From Spirogloea muscicola (lineage: Eukaryota): a stretch of DNA of 64,000 nucleotides. Shown here piece by piece: positions 27,001 through 40,284 of this stretch (positions are counted from its first letter, which is position 1; each line of letters starts with the position of its first letter). The notes beneath the pieces are model-generated. The model saw nothing but the letters and a program-made list of their open reading frames with translations. It did not search any database and was not told the DNA's origin. The position numbers and the translations under genes were made by a program. Location: NCBI GenBank assembly GCA_009602725.1, contig WELB01000011.1, positions 794,748 through 858,747 on the forward strand, given 5' to 3'.

Positions 27001-30000
27001 CAAGTAGGTTTGCGTGTGTGTTCTGAAACTACAATTGCCTGGAAAACCTCTCCAGGTCCTTATTATCAGCAGCACCTGCCGTCCCTGGTAGCCAAGATGG
27101 CGATGCTGCTCAACGGCAGCGCTCTGAGTCAGGCTGCTGAGCAGCGGCGAGAGGAAGGATACGCGTCTTTGGAAGAGATAAGCGAGGCCATCATCGAGAG
27201 GTCCCAAGCCTTGAAGGAGAAAGAGACGAAGAAGAATGTGAAGAAGAAGGCACTGGTGGACCTGCTGCGGCTGCTGCGCCAAGTGGGCCTATCTCACCGC
27301 AAGACATCTGTTCCTCTGGTAAGTAAGCAGATTCTTTAGTCCCATTTTTGGGAGTACTTCAAGGGATGAGCTGTTGAAGTGGGCTTGATACTGTGCTCAC
27401 TGGCTCATTTTGTCCTGGCCGTCTTTCTGACCTGCAATGAGCTTTTCGTTATGTCTCTTTAAATTGTAGGCCTGCCTTTGTTTATGGGTTTTATTTTCGT
27501 GTTGTTATCAGGAGGATAGAGACTCCAGGACGTGGTACCTGCAGCCGGCAGTGCACGTGGAAGAGGAGATGGCAAGCCTCACTAGTCCCGGGCTTGATAG
27601 GCAGCTGGACCTCGGCACCACCATCCCCACAATCTCAGCCACCTTCAGCACGGCGAATACATACTACTTGCAGAACATGTGCCTGATCCAGAGCTTGTGG
27701 CAAGGGGCTCTCAGCTTCAACAAAGACCTCAGCCTGCGTGAGGTATACTAACTCGCTACCTCTATTGTGCTCCTTGAGCTAGCAGGTGCATCCATGACCT
27801 GCCACGACCCAGAAGCTCAATCAATGTTCAGGGTTTAGGGTTTAGCTATGTTGTTTGACCTCCTGCATGTTGCATCTGTGCCTCACTGTCATCAATCTGC
27901 AGGTTGACCTCTCGGTGAAGTACACAGAGCACCTCCTGCACTGGCAGCAGACACAGAGACGGAGGATGCTCAAGTTCACCCATCAAATATCTCAACTTAC
28001 AGGGCTTGCTGTTACTTTGAAAGACCTCGGTGAGCACAGAAGGTTTCTCAAGTCTGTCTGTGGCAATTGATAAGTGTGGGTGCGGTGCTTCTTCAGTCAG
28101 TGCTTTGTGTACATTGGTCTACTTCTTTATCACTTTTTCACAGAATGTCAAGCAGGTGGTGTTGAGAAATTGCCTTCGCAAGCTCCAACAATGATCTGGC
28201 TTAAACGCCAGAAGGTAATATCAGCAATCATTGCTCCGAAAAGTTGCAAAATCTATGTAGGACTGATTTTACAAAATTTTAGGAGCAGCGAGGGCTACTG
28301 TCAGCTATTTAGGATGACACTGATACGGCCAACGTTGTCTGCAGGCCTATTTGGACGCGTTAAGCACTATGCTGCTCGACATGCAGTTGTTGATATCAAC
28401 AGTTATTAGAGCAGGTGTCACGGCTTGCTCTTATGGTCAAAGCTCAGCTCCCACCAACCTTGCAGTAACATCCGCAGAGAAACTTCTTTTGGACTCCGCT
28501 GACAAGATAAGCTCTTGCAAGGTACAGGTTTTGCAGGCAAAGCTGGTAGTCGTAGTAAGTTTCTCTTTAAGCTGATGGGTCTTTCATTGAATGTGAATGA
28601 TAGTCTATGCAAGGGCAGATGCAGAGACAAAGTCCTTACAAGTGACTCTTACTGCGCAGGATCGTTTGGACGCCGTGTTTTTCAATGGAACGAGCCGCAA
28701 GCTGCCAATCATTGTGACGCTGGCCATGCGCGACCTGGTCGCTCAGAATTTCTACGCGGTGGGCGAGACCCGAGTCAATTGGGAGGCAGCCATGCATGTG
28801 GAGTATGGAAGGAGGAGAGTGATGCCTGGCTGGGAATCCCTCAAGCAAAAGTTGGACGAGGTACACAGCTAAAGGAGTCTGACTACCATGAGTGGCAGTG
28901 TTTGCATTTGCAGTGACTTCATGACCTCAAGTCGTCAATCACTTGACAAATATATTCGAATCAGCCATCTGAGCTGTCTTTGAGAATAAGCAAAGCCTGA
29001 GGTCTTGTACATCTGCTTCTTGTGTCATATTTGCCCATTTGCTGTCTGCAAATGGGCAGTGAAGTTTAACAGTAGATTAGAATCGTTTCCCTATGATTAG
29101 TTGCTTATACGCAAGCTTTGGTTTGCACATTGTGTTGAGTAATCAATTGAGGTAATGATTGAGCCCCGTGTTTGAGCTTCAGAAGGCCATCAGAGTGCAA
29201 TTTGAGGCAGCGTAGCCTGTTGGCACTGTGTGTCGCAGGGGCATCGATTGGGGCAAGCCTTTGCGGCTGAGCAGCCTGCTACGCGCGTCCTTGATGGGCC
29301 AGCCGCAGAGAGCCTGTCTGCAGAATGTGAGCTGGCCATTCAGGAGGTACTCAAGGCCACGCAGGCCTTGGTGCGTCTCAACCGGGAGGTCAGCGCTGCG
29401 TCTCCGGTGCATTCGGAGACCACTGACAACCGGCCATGCGAGATGCTGGAGGAAAGAGGTGTTGTTGAAGACTTGGAGAGCAGAGGCAGCTACGGCATTA
29501 TTCAAGAGCAGACTGACACAGATCAGGTGACGCTTGCTGTCGAAGGCACGATCATGAGCTGGTCCACCAGAATCTCAGAGCAGATGGAGGCGCTGCGGCT
29601 GCACAAGGTGGTCTCCGTTGTGGGCAGAACAATTGAGAACCTGGTGAGACCTGAGCTGCTATGGGGTGTTGGTCTGCATGTGCTGGAGATGGACGTGGGC
29701 AGTCATTCCCGTATTTCCACAAGAAGCACAACACTGGGCCTCCTTGCCTTTGTCAAGCTGGGCAACAAGCTGGGAACCTCTAAGCTGAGGGCTTGCAACA
29801 TGTTGTTTGTCTGCCACAGAGGTTACTCGGTAGCAAGAGTCACGCCGTCGCTGCGCTGCTGGCCAGCATGCACCAGATGCACTACCTGCTCCAGCTCCTG
29901 AGAGTCGCCGCATTGGCCCTGCTGAGAAATTACGCCCGGCTTCACAAAGGCGTGCGTGCACAGTCACACCATGTTTGCCTCATTCTCTGCACGGTCTCTC

Positions 30001-33000
30001 AGTGTGTCATGCAAGTTGCAGCAGCAAAGTAGCACTTCTTGTCACAGTGGTTGTTGTATCACACTGCTTTGACTGCTATGTCTTATGCATAAGCTACTTA
30101 CATGCCAATGGCTTCCTTCTATCTGCAGACTGCGAAGCTGGGATACGTCCTGGCGAGCCTCTTCTGCGCGCTCTTCAAGGACGGCTACTGCACAATGGTG
30201 GAGGAGAAGGCCGGCGACGAGGGTGGCCGGCAAATGGAAGATGCTGGCGGCACCGGCATGGGTGAGGGCCAGGGTAGGAAGGACGTCAGCGACGAGATTG
30301 AGGACGAGGAGCAGCTCGTTGGAACAGAGGAGAAGGTAGAATACAATTGCAGAGTGCTTGACATTCTTATGTCAATTTGTGGGCAGATGCCACGTCCTGC
30401 AATCCACATACATTTCTTCTGATTAAAAATTATGACCCCCTGACTTCCTGAGTTGCAGGAGAAGGAGAAGCAGGAGCATGAAGAACCCAAGTCCGATGCC
30501 AAAGACAAGAAGGGGATCGAGATGGAGCAGGACTTTGATGGAGAGCTCTTTGACATCAGCTCCGACGAGTATGAGGAAAATGAGGCAGAGGAGGAGGACG
30601 AGGACGAGCCGCAGCAGCTGGATCAAGAGATGGGCGACAAGGGTGGCGAGGACGAGGAGGTGGTCGATGAGAAGCTGTGGAGCGAGGGCGATGACGAGGG
30701 CAACGGGATGGAGGAGGGGAGGGAGGAGAAGTTCGAGAAGGACGCACCCGTGTCGGGCGTGGACGAGGACCAGGTGGAGTACCGCGCGAAGCAGGAGCCG
30801 GAGGAGGAGGAGGAGAGGGAGGGCGAAGAAGGCAAGAAGGGAGAGAGGGATCGGAGGGAGGAGCGGGAGGCTGAGGCGCAGGAGGAGGAGGGAGGGGCGG
30901 AGGAAGGAGGCGAGAGTAATCCTGATGAAAAGGACGAGGATGAGAGTGGGGACGCGGCTGGTCAGGAGACGGAGGAGTCTCACCGGATCCAGCCCAGGGT
31001 GGAGGAGGACCTCGAGCTGAAGGAGGACATGGACCTGGACGGCAGCGAAGAGGGGGAGGATGCTGAGGAACGCGGCGAGGAGGGCGCCGATCAGCAGCAG
31101 GAGCGGCCCAAGGACGCTGAAAACACCGAGAGAATGGCCGAGGAGGACAGCAGAAAGGAGGAGGGAGGTGAGGAAGGTGCGTCTGACGAGCCGCCGCAGG
31201 ATGAGGTGGGGGACGAGGGCGCGGAGGTGGGCGAGAGGGAGAAGCAGCTGGGAGGAGAGGAGGAGCCGGAGGAGGGCGCAGGCGACGTCAAGGAGGCTGT
31301 GCGTGCGGACCTGGAGAAGGCCAGAGCACCGGGGCCGGCGCCCACCGGGGACGTGACGGTCGACGTTGCGCCCGTGCCGGCCTTCCAGCAGGCACTGCAG
31401 GACTCTCAGAAGGCCGGGGAGGCTGCCGCGGGCGTGAGCTCCGGGGCTCACGGCCAGCGGCAGGCGTCGCAGGCGCAGCCAGTGCCAGTCCAGCAGCAGG
31501 AGGTGGTCGGAGCTGCGCCTGGGGAGCCGGCCGCTGCCCAGGAGGAGCAGCGGCAGAGCCTGTCGAGGTCGGCACGCGGGGAGGAGACGGTGCAGCCGCA
31601 GTGTGAGGCGGAGGAGCGGAGGGCGGCGGGCCAGGCGGAGGAGCGGAAGCGCCTCGACGCAAATCCGACCCGCAGCCTCGGAGACATCCTGCGGCAATGG
31701 CAGGAGCAGGTGCAGCTTCTGGGTGGCGCAGAGGAGGAGAGAGAAGGGGATGGTGGAGCGGCGGAGGAGGAGGAGGAGCAGGACGGCGACCGCGACACCG
31801 ACCACCTGCAGTCAAAGGAGTACGAGTATGTGGGCAAGCAAGAGGTGGGTGGGGATCAGGCGCTGGGCCCAGCCACGGAGGAGCAGCTGCTCCTCCAAGA
31901 GCGGCACCGGCGGAACGATGGCCTTGACAAGGAGATGGACGATGCACAGCGGCCTGCAGAAGTCCTTGCAGAGGAGGCCACGGAGGTGACAATGGAGGAG
32001 GCTGTGACCAAGCCCGAGCCGCAGAAGCGCAGCGGCAGACTGCTCGGCGAGTCCACTGTTGACCAGGACGATGAAGTCAGAGCAGACGGTCTCTCGCCTG
32101 ACAAGGATGTCGATGAGCACGACTTCGACGTGGAGATGGAGGAGAAAGAGGCTGCAGATGATAGCCGCGAGGCGCCGGGCGTGTCGAGCTTCGTGGCTGT
32201 CCGCCAGATGAGTGCTCTGGAGGAAGTTGCGCCCAGGCTGTCGGAGCAGGACGCACAGGAAGTCCGCAGAGACGTGGAGCACAAGGTCTACCAATTGCAG
32301 AGTGGGGGCGAGGACCAGGGGCTGCGCATGGAGCGGGGGCGGGCAGCCTGGCAACACCTGGAGCAGCTGACAGGCCGGCTGGCCATGGAGCTCGCCGAGC
32401 AGCTGCGGCTCATCCTCGAGCCGACGCTGGCCACAAAGCTGGCCGGGGATTACCGCACGGGCAAGCGCATCAACATGAAGAAGGTGCGAGCCACCTCGTA
32501 GTGTAGCTAGTGCCCAATTTGAGTTGAAATTGAAATGACTTGAGAATAACTAAGGCTAAATTTCCAGCTCCTTGTATACTCCTGCAACAGACGGCAATTG
32601 CAATACTGGGTACTCGGAGCTGCTGCTTCAAGCTTTCAGCGAAGCTTCTTCTTGTTGTGGGATGTTGTCCCAAAGCAAGTACTTATTTGCATTTGTCAAG
32701 TCATCGCTGGATTCAGGTAATTCCCTACATAGCCAGCCAGTTCCGGAAGGACAAGATATGGCTACGGAGGACCAAGCCAAACAAGCGGGACTATCAGGTC
32801 CTCTTGGCCATCGACGACTCGAGGTCCATGGCGGAGACGCGGTGCGGCCACCTGGCTCTGGAGGCCATGGCCACGATCGCCAAGGCGCTGGGGCAGCTGG
32901 AGATTGCGCAGCTGGCGGTGGTGAGCTTCGGGCAGACCGGCCAGGTGCGCCTGGTGCACCCCTTCGAGCGGCCCTTCAGCTCCGAGGCAGGCGCTCAGGT

Positions 33001-33971
33001 GCGCACTTCATCTCCAACCTACTCAAGATCTTGTAGTACTGTACAGCTGTAAGTTGGTGGCCCAGATGCGAGTACCTCTTTTCTTAATAATGCCCATTGT
33101 TGTTCGTCAGGTTGTGTCGCAATTCTCCTTCAGGCAAGAGAACACCATAGTCGACGAGCCGGGCGTGGACCTGCTGCAGTTCCTGGGCGGGCTGCTGGAG
33201 ACAGCTGCTCTGCGTGCCTCAGCCGCCAGCAGCAGGGGCACCTTGCAGCAGCTCGTGCTCATTATCGCCGACGGCCGCTTCCACGAGAAGGTGAGGACCC
33301 AAATCGGCTATGCCGTATGCAATAATGCTAGCATCTAAGGTTTGCAATCGTAATGATGTGCCGCTGCTTTTGGCCACTTTGCAGGAGAGCCTGAGAAGGA
33401 GAGTGCGCGAGGCCATGAGTCGGAGGCAGCTCTTGGCATTCATCGTCCTGGACAACCCCAAAGACTCCATCCTAGACATGCAGGTAGTCCACATTGACCT
33501 GTGGTCCATACACCTTGTGTCATTGCTTTGAACCGTCTTGGATTGATCTCGGCTCATTTGACTTAGCTACTGATTCTGTTTTACTGATAAAGTATTGGGA
33601 CTACGCAGTCTGTATCATTTGCGGGCGGAGGGCCAACGTTTACAAAATATCTCGACACATTCCCATTCCCCTACTACATTCTGCTCAACGATATTGAAGC
33701 CCTGCCTCGGACACTTGCAGACCTCCTGCGACAGGTCTGTAGGGGGCTCCTTGATGCCAGTCCACCTAGTGCACAGGCGATGATTGGATTGCCTTGTATG
33801 AATACACAGGATGGAAGCAAGTCTTCGAGGTTGTGAGACTGTCTGACGTGCATGGGTTCTTTCTGGTCAGATGATATCGTACTTTGACTGGCAGATAATG
33901 TGAAGGTTACCGATTGCCTTGTCTCCGCTATTGTGCAGTACTTTGAATTGATGGAGCGTTCTGCGAGCTGA
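1..33971 (+). CDS. MDN1: Midasin (MDN1/Rea1) AAA+ ATPase, multi-exon, 5'-partial; contains frameshifts (possible pseudogene)
   Basis: Spliced exons give six AAA modules with Walker A motifs GPSGVGKS (~1778), SETGTGKT (4792), GPTSSGKT (~7753), GDTGTGKT (10171), GSPGIGKT (13147) and GTAASGKT (~15098), plus repeated WxLLDExNLA-type Walker B motifs. These are followed by a long linker, a D/E-rich exon (~30459-32483) and a MIDAS/VWA domain (IDDSRSM ~32810; IIADGRF). Last exon 33939-33971 reads YFELMERSAS*. The N-terminal exons (1-156, 540-630: YFSFAPPPF) match plant midasin. Confidence 0.97.
683..731. repeat. Degenerate telomeric-motif cluster with exact telo-box AAACCCTAA (715-723), in a midasin intron
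   Basis: GGGGTTAGGGTT followed by CTCTAAA TCCTAAA CCCTAAA CGCTAAA. Confidence 0.8.
3094..3139 (+). repeat. Perfect 23-bp tandem duplication (intronic)
   Basis: TGCCGCTCTCTGTGGCAAGTGAT x2. Confidence 0.95.
8439..8564 (+). other. GC-AG intron in midasin
   Basis: FIPELQ|gcacga...ttcacag|MTIKPHPHF restores the conserved AAA3 sequence. Confidence 0.8.
22296..22327 (+). repeat. Perfect 16-bp tandem duplication (intronic)
   Basis: TGAGTACACCGTTAGA x2. Confidence 0.9.
25252..25353 (+). other. Probable GC-AG intron in midasin (102 nt, in frame)
   Basis: AAEK|gcacgt...ttggcag|MWFMLY matches the recalled plant AGKLWFPLY spacing. Confidence 0.6.
27830..27845 (+). repeat. Short interstitial plant-type telomeric repeat
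   Basis: AGGGTTTAGGGTTTAG in a midasin intron. Confidence 0.75.
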
Positions 33972-34280
33972 GCTGTTCATCGGGCATGGCAGCAGGATCA
34001 TCGATATCTGATGCTCCATGATCCTCACAGGTCTACATTTAAGATGCTCACTGTGGCGCTTGAAGGCCATCACTGGATGACCACATTTGTTGGGCAACCT
34101 GCTTTAGTGGGCAGGTCTTGGTAAGAAGAGATGAATGAAACTGAGAATGCCTCATGAGATTGACAGTGAATCATGACTAAGAGAGGCAAGCTCGGGAAGA
34201 ATGGGAAGATATTGAGCAGAAGCACCCGCAGAGCAAGAAGCTTTTGGGAGGTAAGAATCAAATACTGATTCTAAAAGAGG

Positions 34281-37200
34281 CTACAAATATTCCATTTTGA
34301 TGCCCATCACATCAAGCTGCAGTATGTCTGCCTCGCATCCAAGCAGTGAGCCCAGGCTGTTACAACGAAGGACGTCCTGATTATCAGCATGTATATAGCA
34401 CGTATACAACCTTGATCAAAGTCAGTCCTTGTTTACTACTCTGGACAGATAGCAAGCCGAGGAGCCCCCGGGACTGAGCTCAACTTCACAGCCAAGGGCA
34501 GCAAAGATGATAGAGAAGAGCTCTGTGGTAAGCAAGCAAGCAGCAACAACATGTGATATTTCGTGTAAGGAAGTCTGCAGAGCAGGCTTACTTAGGTTGG
34601 GTGCGACCAAGATCGCCATGGACGAATTCTTTGACATATGTGCCTGCCTGTTGACGGACATAGATAGACAGTTTCAGAGGCATATCAATTTGAGAATGAA
34701 CAAAATCACTTCGGATAAGTTATACCTCCTAAAGAGCATGTCAATGTGCTCTATTAATCTAGGCTGCAACTTACATGGCATCCTTAGCATCTCTGCATTT
34801 AAGTCCTTCTGAATGAATGCGTCTGCTATTACCTGAGCAGAGAAAGAAAATATTGGAATGACTCCACACAGCACAAGTGCAGTGCAATGCCACTGGCATG
34901 CTCACCTGAGTGCACAGGTGAAGGACGATGAAATCTGAGGAACCCTGCACAAGCTGACAGCGCATGCTGCGCAGGGCAACCAATCATGAAGGACTTGTGT
35001 AAGAGCTCTAGATTGTCCAAAGCCCATCACGCATGAAGCTCAATGGCCACAAGAAGAGGCAGAGTGGGTTAAGGCGAAACGAGTTCCATGAGATGTAGTT
35101 GGGCTACTGAAGCAGGACAGGGCCTTGAGATGAAGCGACTATGCTCTAATTGCCTATGAAGTATGCCAAAGGATTCGCATGAACTTGGAACAAACATCTG
35201 CAGAAGGATTCTGGATTATCCTTTTTGTCAAGGAAGCACTTCCACTCTGACAAGAACGTACCCGTGTATGGTGCGCAGCCTGACCAAGGGGCTCCTCCTG
35301 TGCAGCACCCGAATGGGAGTTCGCTGCTCTATAACCTGAAATGAAGCGATGCATGTGCGTCTTATGATCATGACGAATTGAGGTGTGCATCAGTGACAAC
35401 CATTAAGTGTGAGGTGCCACTTGCATTCCAAAGCAGCTGGCCAGCCAGGCCAAGGTACCTGAACGATTGTTATTTCCGGTAAGGACTGTCAATTAAGCTA
35501 GAGATAGCAACAACACGCTCAAAACCCTTGGCCAACAAGCTCTGCACAAAGCTAACTCTACAAGGAACTGGACACTGCTGCAAGTCACACAGCCTGGTAG
35601 TGGCTTATCACAGTCCAGACAAGGAAAAAGGTGCACAACATGGGAAAGTTGTATGCTCACGATGTTCTTCAGAGCCCCCAATCTGACTACGTCCGCTGGA
35701 GTGGCCGGTCGTGAGAGCCACACCACAGCTCGATACTCCTTCTGCACCCTCTTGCACGGCCTTGAGCATTCAGGGTCCGCGATCACACCGTCTTGTGATA
35801 ATGTAATAATATGCCCACGACTTTGCACAGAGAATCTCACAGATATTTGTAACCGACTCGCACATGGATCACACTTCCTGGTCTGTCTACAAAGGTGTGA
35901 CAAATACCAATGCCTTTTTCACAATAGGATTGAGAGGACACCACCATGAGGCGGAAGGTGTGAGTAAAACCTCAAACAGTGGCTGCCTGGACAGCCCAGA
36001 GCCAAGAGAAGTCAAGCAAAGCTACAAGTGACATGTTGAGGAAGAGGCCGCCTGGCGCACCTGCTTGCTGAGCTCCCCATCTCGCATGAGTCCAAGAGCC
36101 TCAGGACCCACCATCTGCAGTCTCCGTACTTTCACCTGCAGCAACCCAATGGTTGAGGAGGTCAGAGTCTGTGCTATGCGATTGTGCAAGGCATTGTTGG
36201 GCTGACGGGTTTCCTCACCCAGCCTTCCTTGCTGCCATTGATTGCAGCCTCCATCTCCTCAATCCTGATCTGACAGGGCAAGTCTCTGGCATTGAGAACC
36301 TCCAAGAGGAACGGTCGTCCGTTGCCCAGCATCAGCACCTGAAGAAAAATGCGCGATACATAGTAAGCAGATCTCAGAAAGGAATCCCACGCAAATCACT
36401 GACACTTTCCAAATAACTGCGCAATCCCCTTTCTGTAGCCCAGCAAATCCTTGTGATTTGTATGACAGACAATCTAGACGCAGCTCGTCTGCAAATGTTG
36501 CAGATGCTTGCAATTAATGAATTCATGACAGCTACTGTCACAGCAGGCTTATTGGCACAAGGCCTTACGTCCATATCTTCCCGCCCAGCGGCGTGGAATT
36601 TGTAATTGTCAGCACGGAAATGTGGCACAATTTGGTCTGCAATGAGTTCCTGCAAGGACAGAGTAACATCAGGGTTGCCCCAGCTGGCTAGATTGGGCTA
36701 CTGTAAGGCCCTCACATGGAAAATGAACGTCCTCTCATCCCCTTCCTCTCAAGTGCAGAGTTAGATGAATCAAGGAAGAATGTGCTTATGTGCTCCTTCC
36801 TATCGTACTTTAGAGTGTGCAACAAAGAGGAGGATAAGATTCACAGCTGACGTGTCCATGAGCTGTAAGGAAGGTGCACTGATGCCATCAAAACAAGGCG
36901 TCAGTATCAACCTGGACAGAACCATCGCCCATGCGCTCCTCATCAATCAGCCACCTGCTCTGTGGAATGCTCCTTGAGAACTGGGCATCGCCGCCATGCA
37001 AATGTTTACGTGATTGGCTTTAGCCTCCAGCACGCACGCAATGGGGACGTAAGTGTCTTGCAGGCGTGGCACAGATGCAAAAGTCCAGGAGCCTTCTGAC
37101 ATCAGTGATGCATCACGGGAGCTGTGCTATAAGAATAGTAAGTTGTAGCAAGGAACTGACTGTATCAACTGGGTCAAGCATTTTAAGTTGCAAAAGTCCA

Positions 37201-39313
37201 TCTGCCTCTCACAGCAATTCTTTCTGGATGCCATCCAACTAGATGTGGAGCCTACCTTCAGGTACCAACCGCCGACAAAGACAGGATTGCGCCAGCAGAA
37301 AACTGCCAGCTCGCAGGGCGTCTCCAGCTGTTTGCTACCTTACGGCAGCGTTAGGCTGGTCATTAAGTGGAGAACCACAAGTCGAGCTAGGATGTCCTCA
37401 ATCATCTGCTTAAGAGGCAGCCTTGATAGCAAAAACAGCTACACCTACAATGTTCAGAAACTAATCAGACTTTCAGCAGTTCCTACTTGACGACAAGACT
37501 GGCATTGTCTGGGGAAAGGCCCGGGGACAGCAGTCTTGCCTGCCGTGGAGGGCTGGCGTAGTGCTGCACAAAGGCCTCGGTGTCCATCCCGACAAGCAGC
37601 TGAAGGGCGCAACCCCATGCATCGCCTTGGTCGCGGATGTGCGCCGCGGCCCTGGCAGCCACCTCCGGCGGGCCGCAATCTGCGGCCTCCCGTGGCATCC
37701 TGTTGCAGCCCCATCTCAAGCCTGATGCCAGGTTTGTCGGGTTTAGCAAGTGCATTTGCGAGTGCACCTGCTGAATCACAAATAACATCGAGCAGGTCGC
37801 AACATACTGCATTTGGCCAGACATTGATGGGGAGCACGGGACTGAGCAGACAGAGGTGCGCGGTTCTCAACCTGGCCTGCGGCGTTTTGCGGCGGCAGGA
37901 GCGCTGGACAGGAGGGGCTCCACGCCCTTGAGCTCTTCGCTCGTGCGCGTGTGCGAGAAGAGCAGCGCGATCCTGAAGTTGGCTTCTGGCGAGAATGGTG
38001 CATGCTGCGTAGAAGTTTGGCAAATGCCCATCTACTTTTGGTCATTGATTGTACAACCTGAGCTCTGACCATCAACCGAATTACCACACATGTTTCCTTT
38101 CGGTATTCATTAGCGCGTGGCTGACCTCATAGCTGGGCCAAGGCTCACGGCAGTGCTTCAGAGTGCTCAAATTGCCGCTAAGTGATCACCATGCAAGTCA
38201 TTTACAGGTCACATGCCATTGTTGACGAGTTGCTAATGGCAGCTCGACCGTGAGAAGTGCAAGTACCAGGGCCGGCGAAAGGTGGGCAATGAAGCTCCAC
38301 TTAAAAGCCTCTTTCAGATACACCGACGCTTCCTCTCGCAGTAGACCTGCATTGCTCTCAGCGGAAAACTGCTGCCGGAGGTGACACCTGCAATAAGCAG
38401 GGATGGCCACACTTGCGAGCTTGAGAAGCTGACGCCAACGACGATGGCAGATCAGAGGAGCCCACGCGATTGGTAGTGGGTGGGTGGACAGCTCAGCAGC
38501 GGCTGGCTCACCAAAAGGAGCGCTCGCGGAGGGCGAGCAGGCCGGGCAGCGTAACCTCCAAGCAGAAGCCATCAATGGAGACATGGCCCTCATTGCGCAC
38601 CGCCTCTGCTACACAGTCGACCAGAGGCAGCGGCTGGAGCCCACTGGTGCATCCCCTCATTTCTGGCCTGCCGTCAAGCTCGGCAGAAAACTCGTCGACT
38701 CCATCCCCGGCAGCAGCGCCTTCCTTGGTCTGTGCTTCTTTCAAGGAGCCGCTAAATCCGCCGTGGTCAACGTCGGCGGCGGCTGTGGCGGCGGCGTCGT
38801 CGATGCCCTGGAGGACGCCCAGGCAGAGCAGGCACGGCCTGCTGGCGCTGGCCAAGGCGCCACCCTCAAGCACGCCGGGCGCCGCGGCGCCTCTCTCGGA
38901 AGCGGCGGCCACGAGGTCCGCCAGGAGGGAACGTGACGGTGGGAGTGGCGCCGCATAGTCCAGGCTCCGCACGCCAGCAATGCGCAGCATGCAGCGGGCG
39001 CACACCTGTCAGGCCACGCCGAGTTTTGCAGAGCGAAAGAAGAAAGCGACGGTTAATTTTCGCGGGGGTTAGGCAATTGGGTTTCGTCAGGCGGACGACG
39101 CGAAGCCTGGCACGTTCGAAGCAGCTGCGGCTGAGGCGGCAGCGGCGGCGGCACAGCTCGTGGGTGCTTGTTGTGTCAGCAAGCTGCACGTACCCCGAGC
39201 TGCCCAAAGCAGTATGCTGCAACGGCGAGGCCGGCGGCGCCGGCGGCGGCCGCAATGGCGCCCACGACCGCAGCGACCACCTCGCCCTCTTCAGCGGCGG
39301 GCGCAGCTGCCAT
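34281..39313 (-). CDS. PUS10: tRNA pseudouridine synthase Pus10, multi-exon
   Basis: ATG at 39313. N-terminal CxxC pairs (VCARC; CLLC) and motifs FSRSIPQSRW, HAAGREDMD (catalytic Asp region), MLGNGRPF, KEYRAVVW, QRTPIRVLHRRS, AGTYVKEFVHGDLGRT and LQLDV. Stop TAG at 34283-34281. All exons join in frame. Confidence 0.95.
37328..37539 (-). other. Probable GC-AG intron in PUS10
   Basis: YASPPRQ|gcaaga...aaacag|LETPCELAVF; phase 0 on both sides. Confidence 0.65.
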
Positions 39314-39366
39314 CGGAGCCCCGCCACGGCCTGTGCACCGGCATTCGGAGAGTCGATGTTCCGGGC

Positions 39367-39450
39367 TAAGGGTTTAGAGTATGGGAATTAGGGGTTGAGG
39401 TGTTCAGCTTCAGGGGTTGAAAAGGTAGGGTTTCAGATAAGGGTTTAGGG
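39367..39450 (-). promoter_or_regulatory. Telo-box cluster upstream of PUS10
   Basis: Several (T)AGGGTTT variants; exact AAACCCTA on the PUS10 sense strand at 39433-39426. Confidence 0.6.
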
Positions 39451-39990
39451 GATCGCTTCTGTCGCCATCGCCACACCTCTGGCAGAGCGTTCGCCGCCAC
39501 CACCGTCACCGCCACTCCGCCGGGGCGGCAGTCGGTGCACCATGTGGGCGGGAGCTCAAGGCCCCCGATCCGAGGCGCTTGAGATCATCAGCGGCTTGCT
39601 TCGCGCACACATGCTTGGGACTGAGACTGAGCACGGTACACGTGTGCGGGCCAGGCAACGATGTCGCCAGTCCCCTGCTTGTACTTGGCTTCTCCTCCAA
39701 GTACTTGGGGTCACCGATAAAGTGACCATCTTTCGTGGTACTCGAGTTCTCGTGTTGTTAGCGGAGCGGGAGGGCAGCTCGCGGGGCGAGCGGCTGACGG
39801 GAGGTCGGCGCGCCGCCAATCCGCAAGCCGCCGCTTAACCCCTGGCAGCTTCAACGAAGCTGCCGCGGCCGGCCGCGTGACGCGAGCTGGTAGCTTCCCG
39901 GCCACTCAGCGGCCGCGCGCCTCCATCAGGAGCCCCCGTCCCGACAACCGGCGCCTCCCCGCCACATGGCTGGCCGCATATCATTCTCAT

Positions 39991-40250
39991 CCGTAGCTGC
40001 TTTGTTTCTGTTTCTTAGCGCCCCCCCTGGCCCCCTTCTCGTATTCTGTTCATTCTTTTTCGGGCTGGCTTTTCCAGCCCCTATTCTCAATGGGCGAGCA
40101 CTTTCTTCTTTGTTTCTTTGTGTGCTTGTTTTTCTTAGCGCTTCCCCTGGCCCCATTCTCATCGCTTGTTGATTCTTTTTGGGCTGGCTTTTCCAGCCCC
40201 TATTCTCAATGGGCGAGCACTTTCTTCTCAACTCTCAAAGCTGGCAGAGC
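39991..40250 (+). repeat. Dispersed repeat family A: two tandem ~119-bp units, each with a GGGCTGG-loop-CCAGCCC hairpin
   Basis: Shared GGGCTGGCTTTTCCAGCCCCTATTCTCAATGGGCGAGCACTTTCTTCT starting at 40062 and 40181. Confidence 0.9.
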
Positions 40251-40284
40251 TGCAGCTCGCCCCGTCGGCGCCGCCGCCGCCGCC

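Noticed and set aside
29945..29960. Apparent GC donor (AAAG|GCGTGC) in midasin
   Set aside because: The adjacent GT donor (AAA GGC|GTGCGT) gives the correct phase and spacing.
30423..32357. Long antisense ORFs (460, 234 and 181 aa), Leu/Pro/Ser-rich
   Set aside because: Shadow frames of the purine-rich acidic midasin exon; no independent features.
34422..34530. 'AALGCEVE' frame as the PUS10 last exon
   Set aside because: No phase-compatible acceptor; the exon at 34357-34281 (LGSLLGCEADILQLDV) fits properly.
40062..40080. Family A hairpin as a histone stem-loop, Helitron 3' end or intrinsic terminator
   Set aside because: Stem and loop do not match the histone consensus, no histone gene is present, there is no correctly spaced CTRR end, and the context is a eukaryotic promoter.
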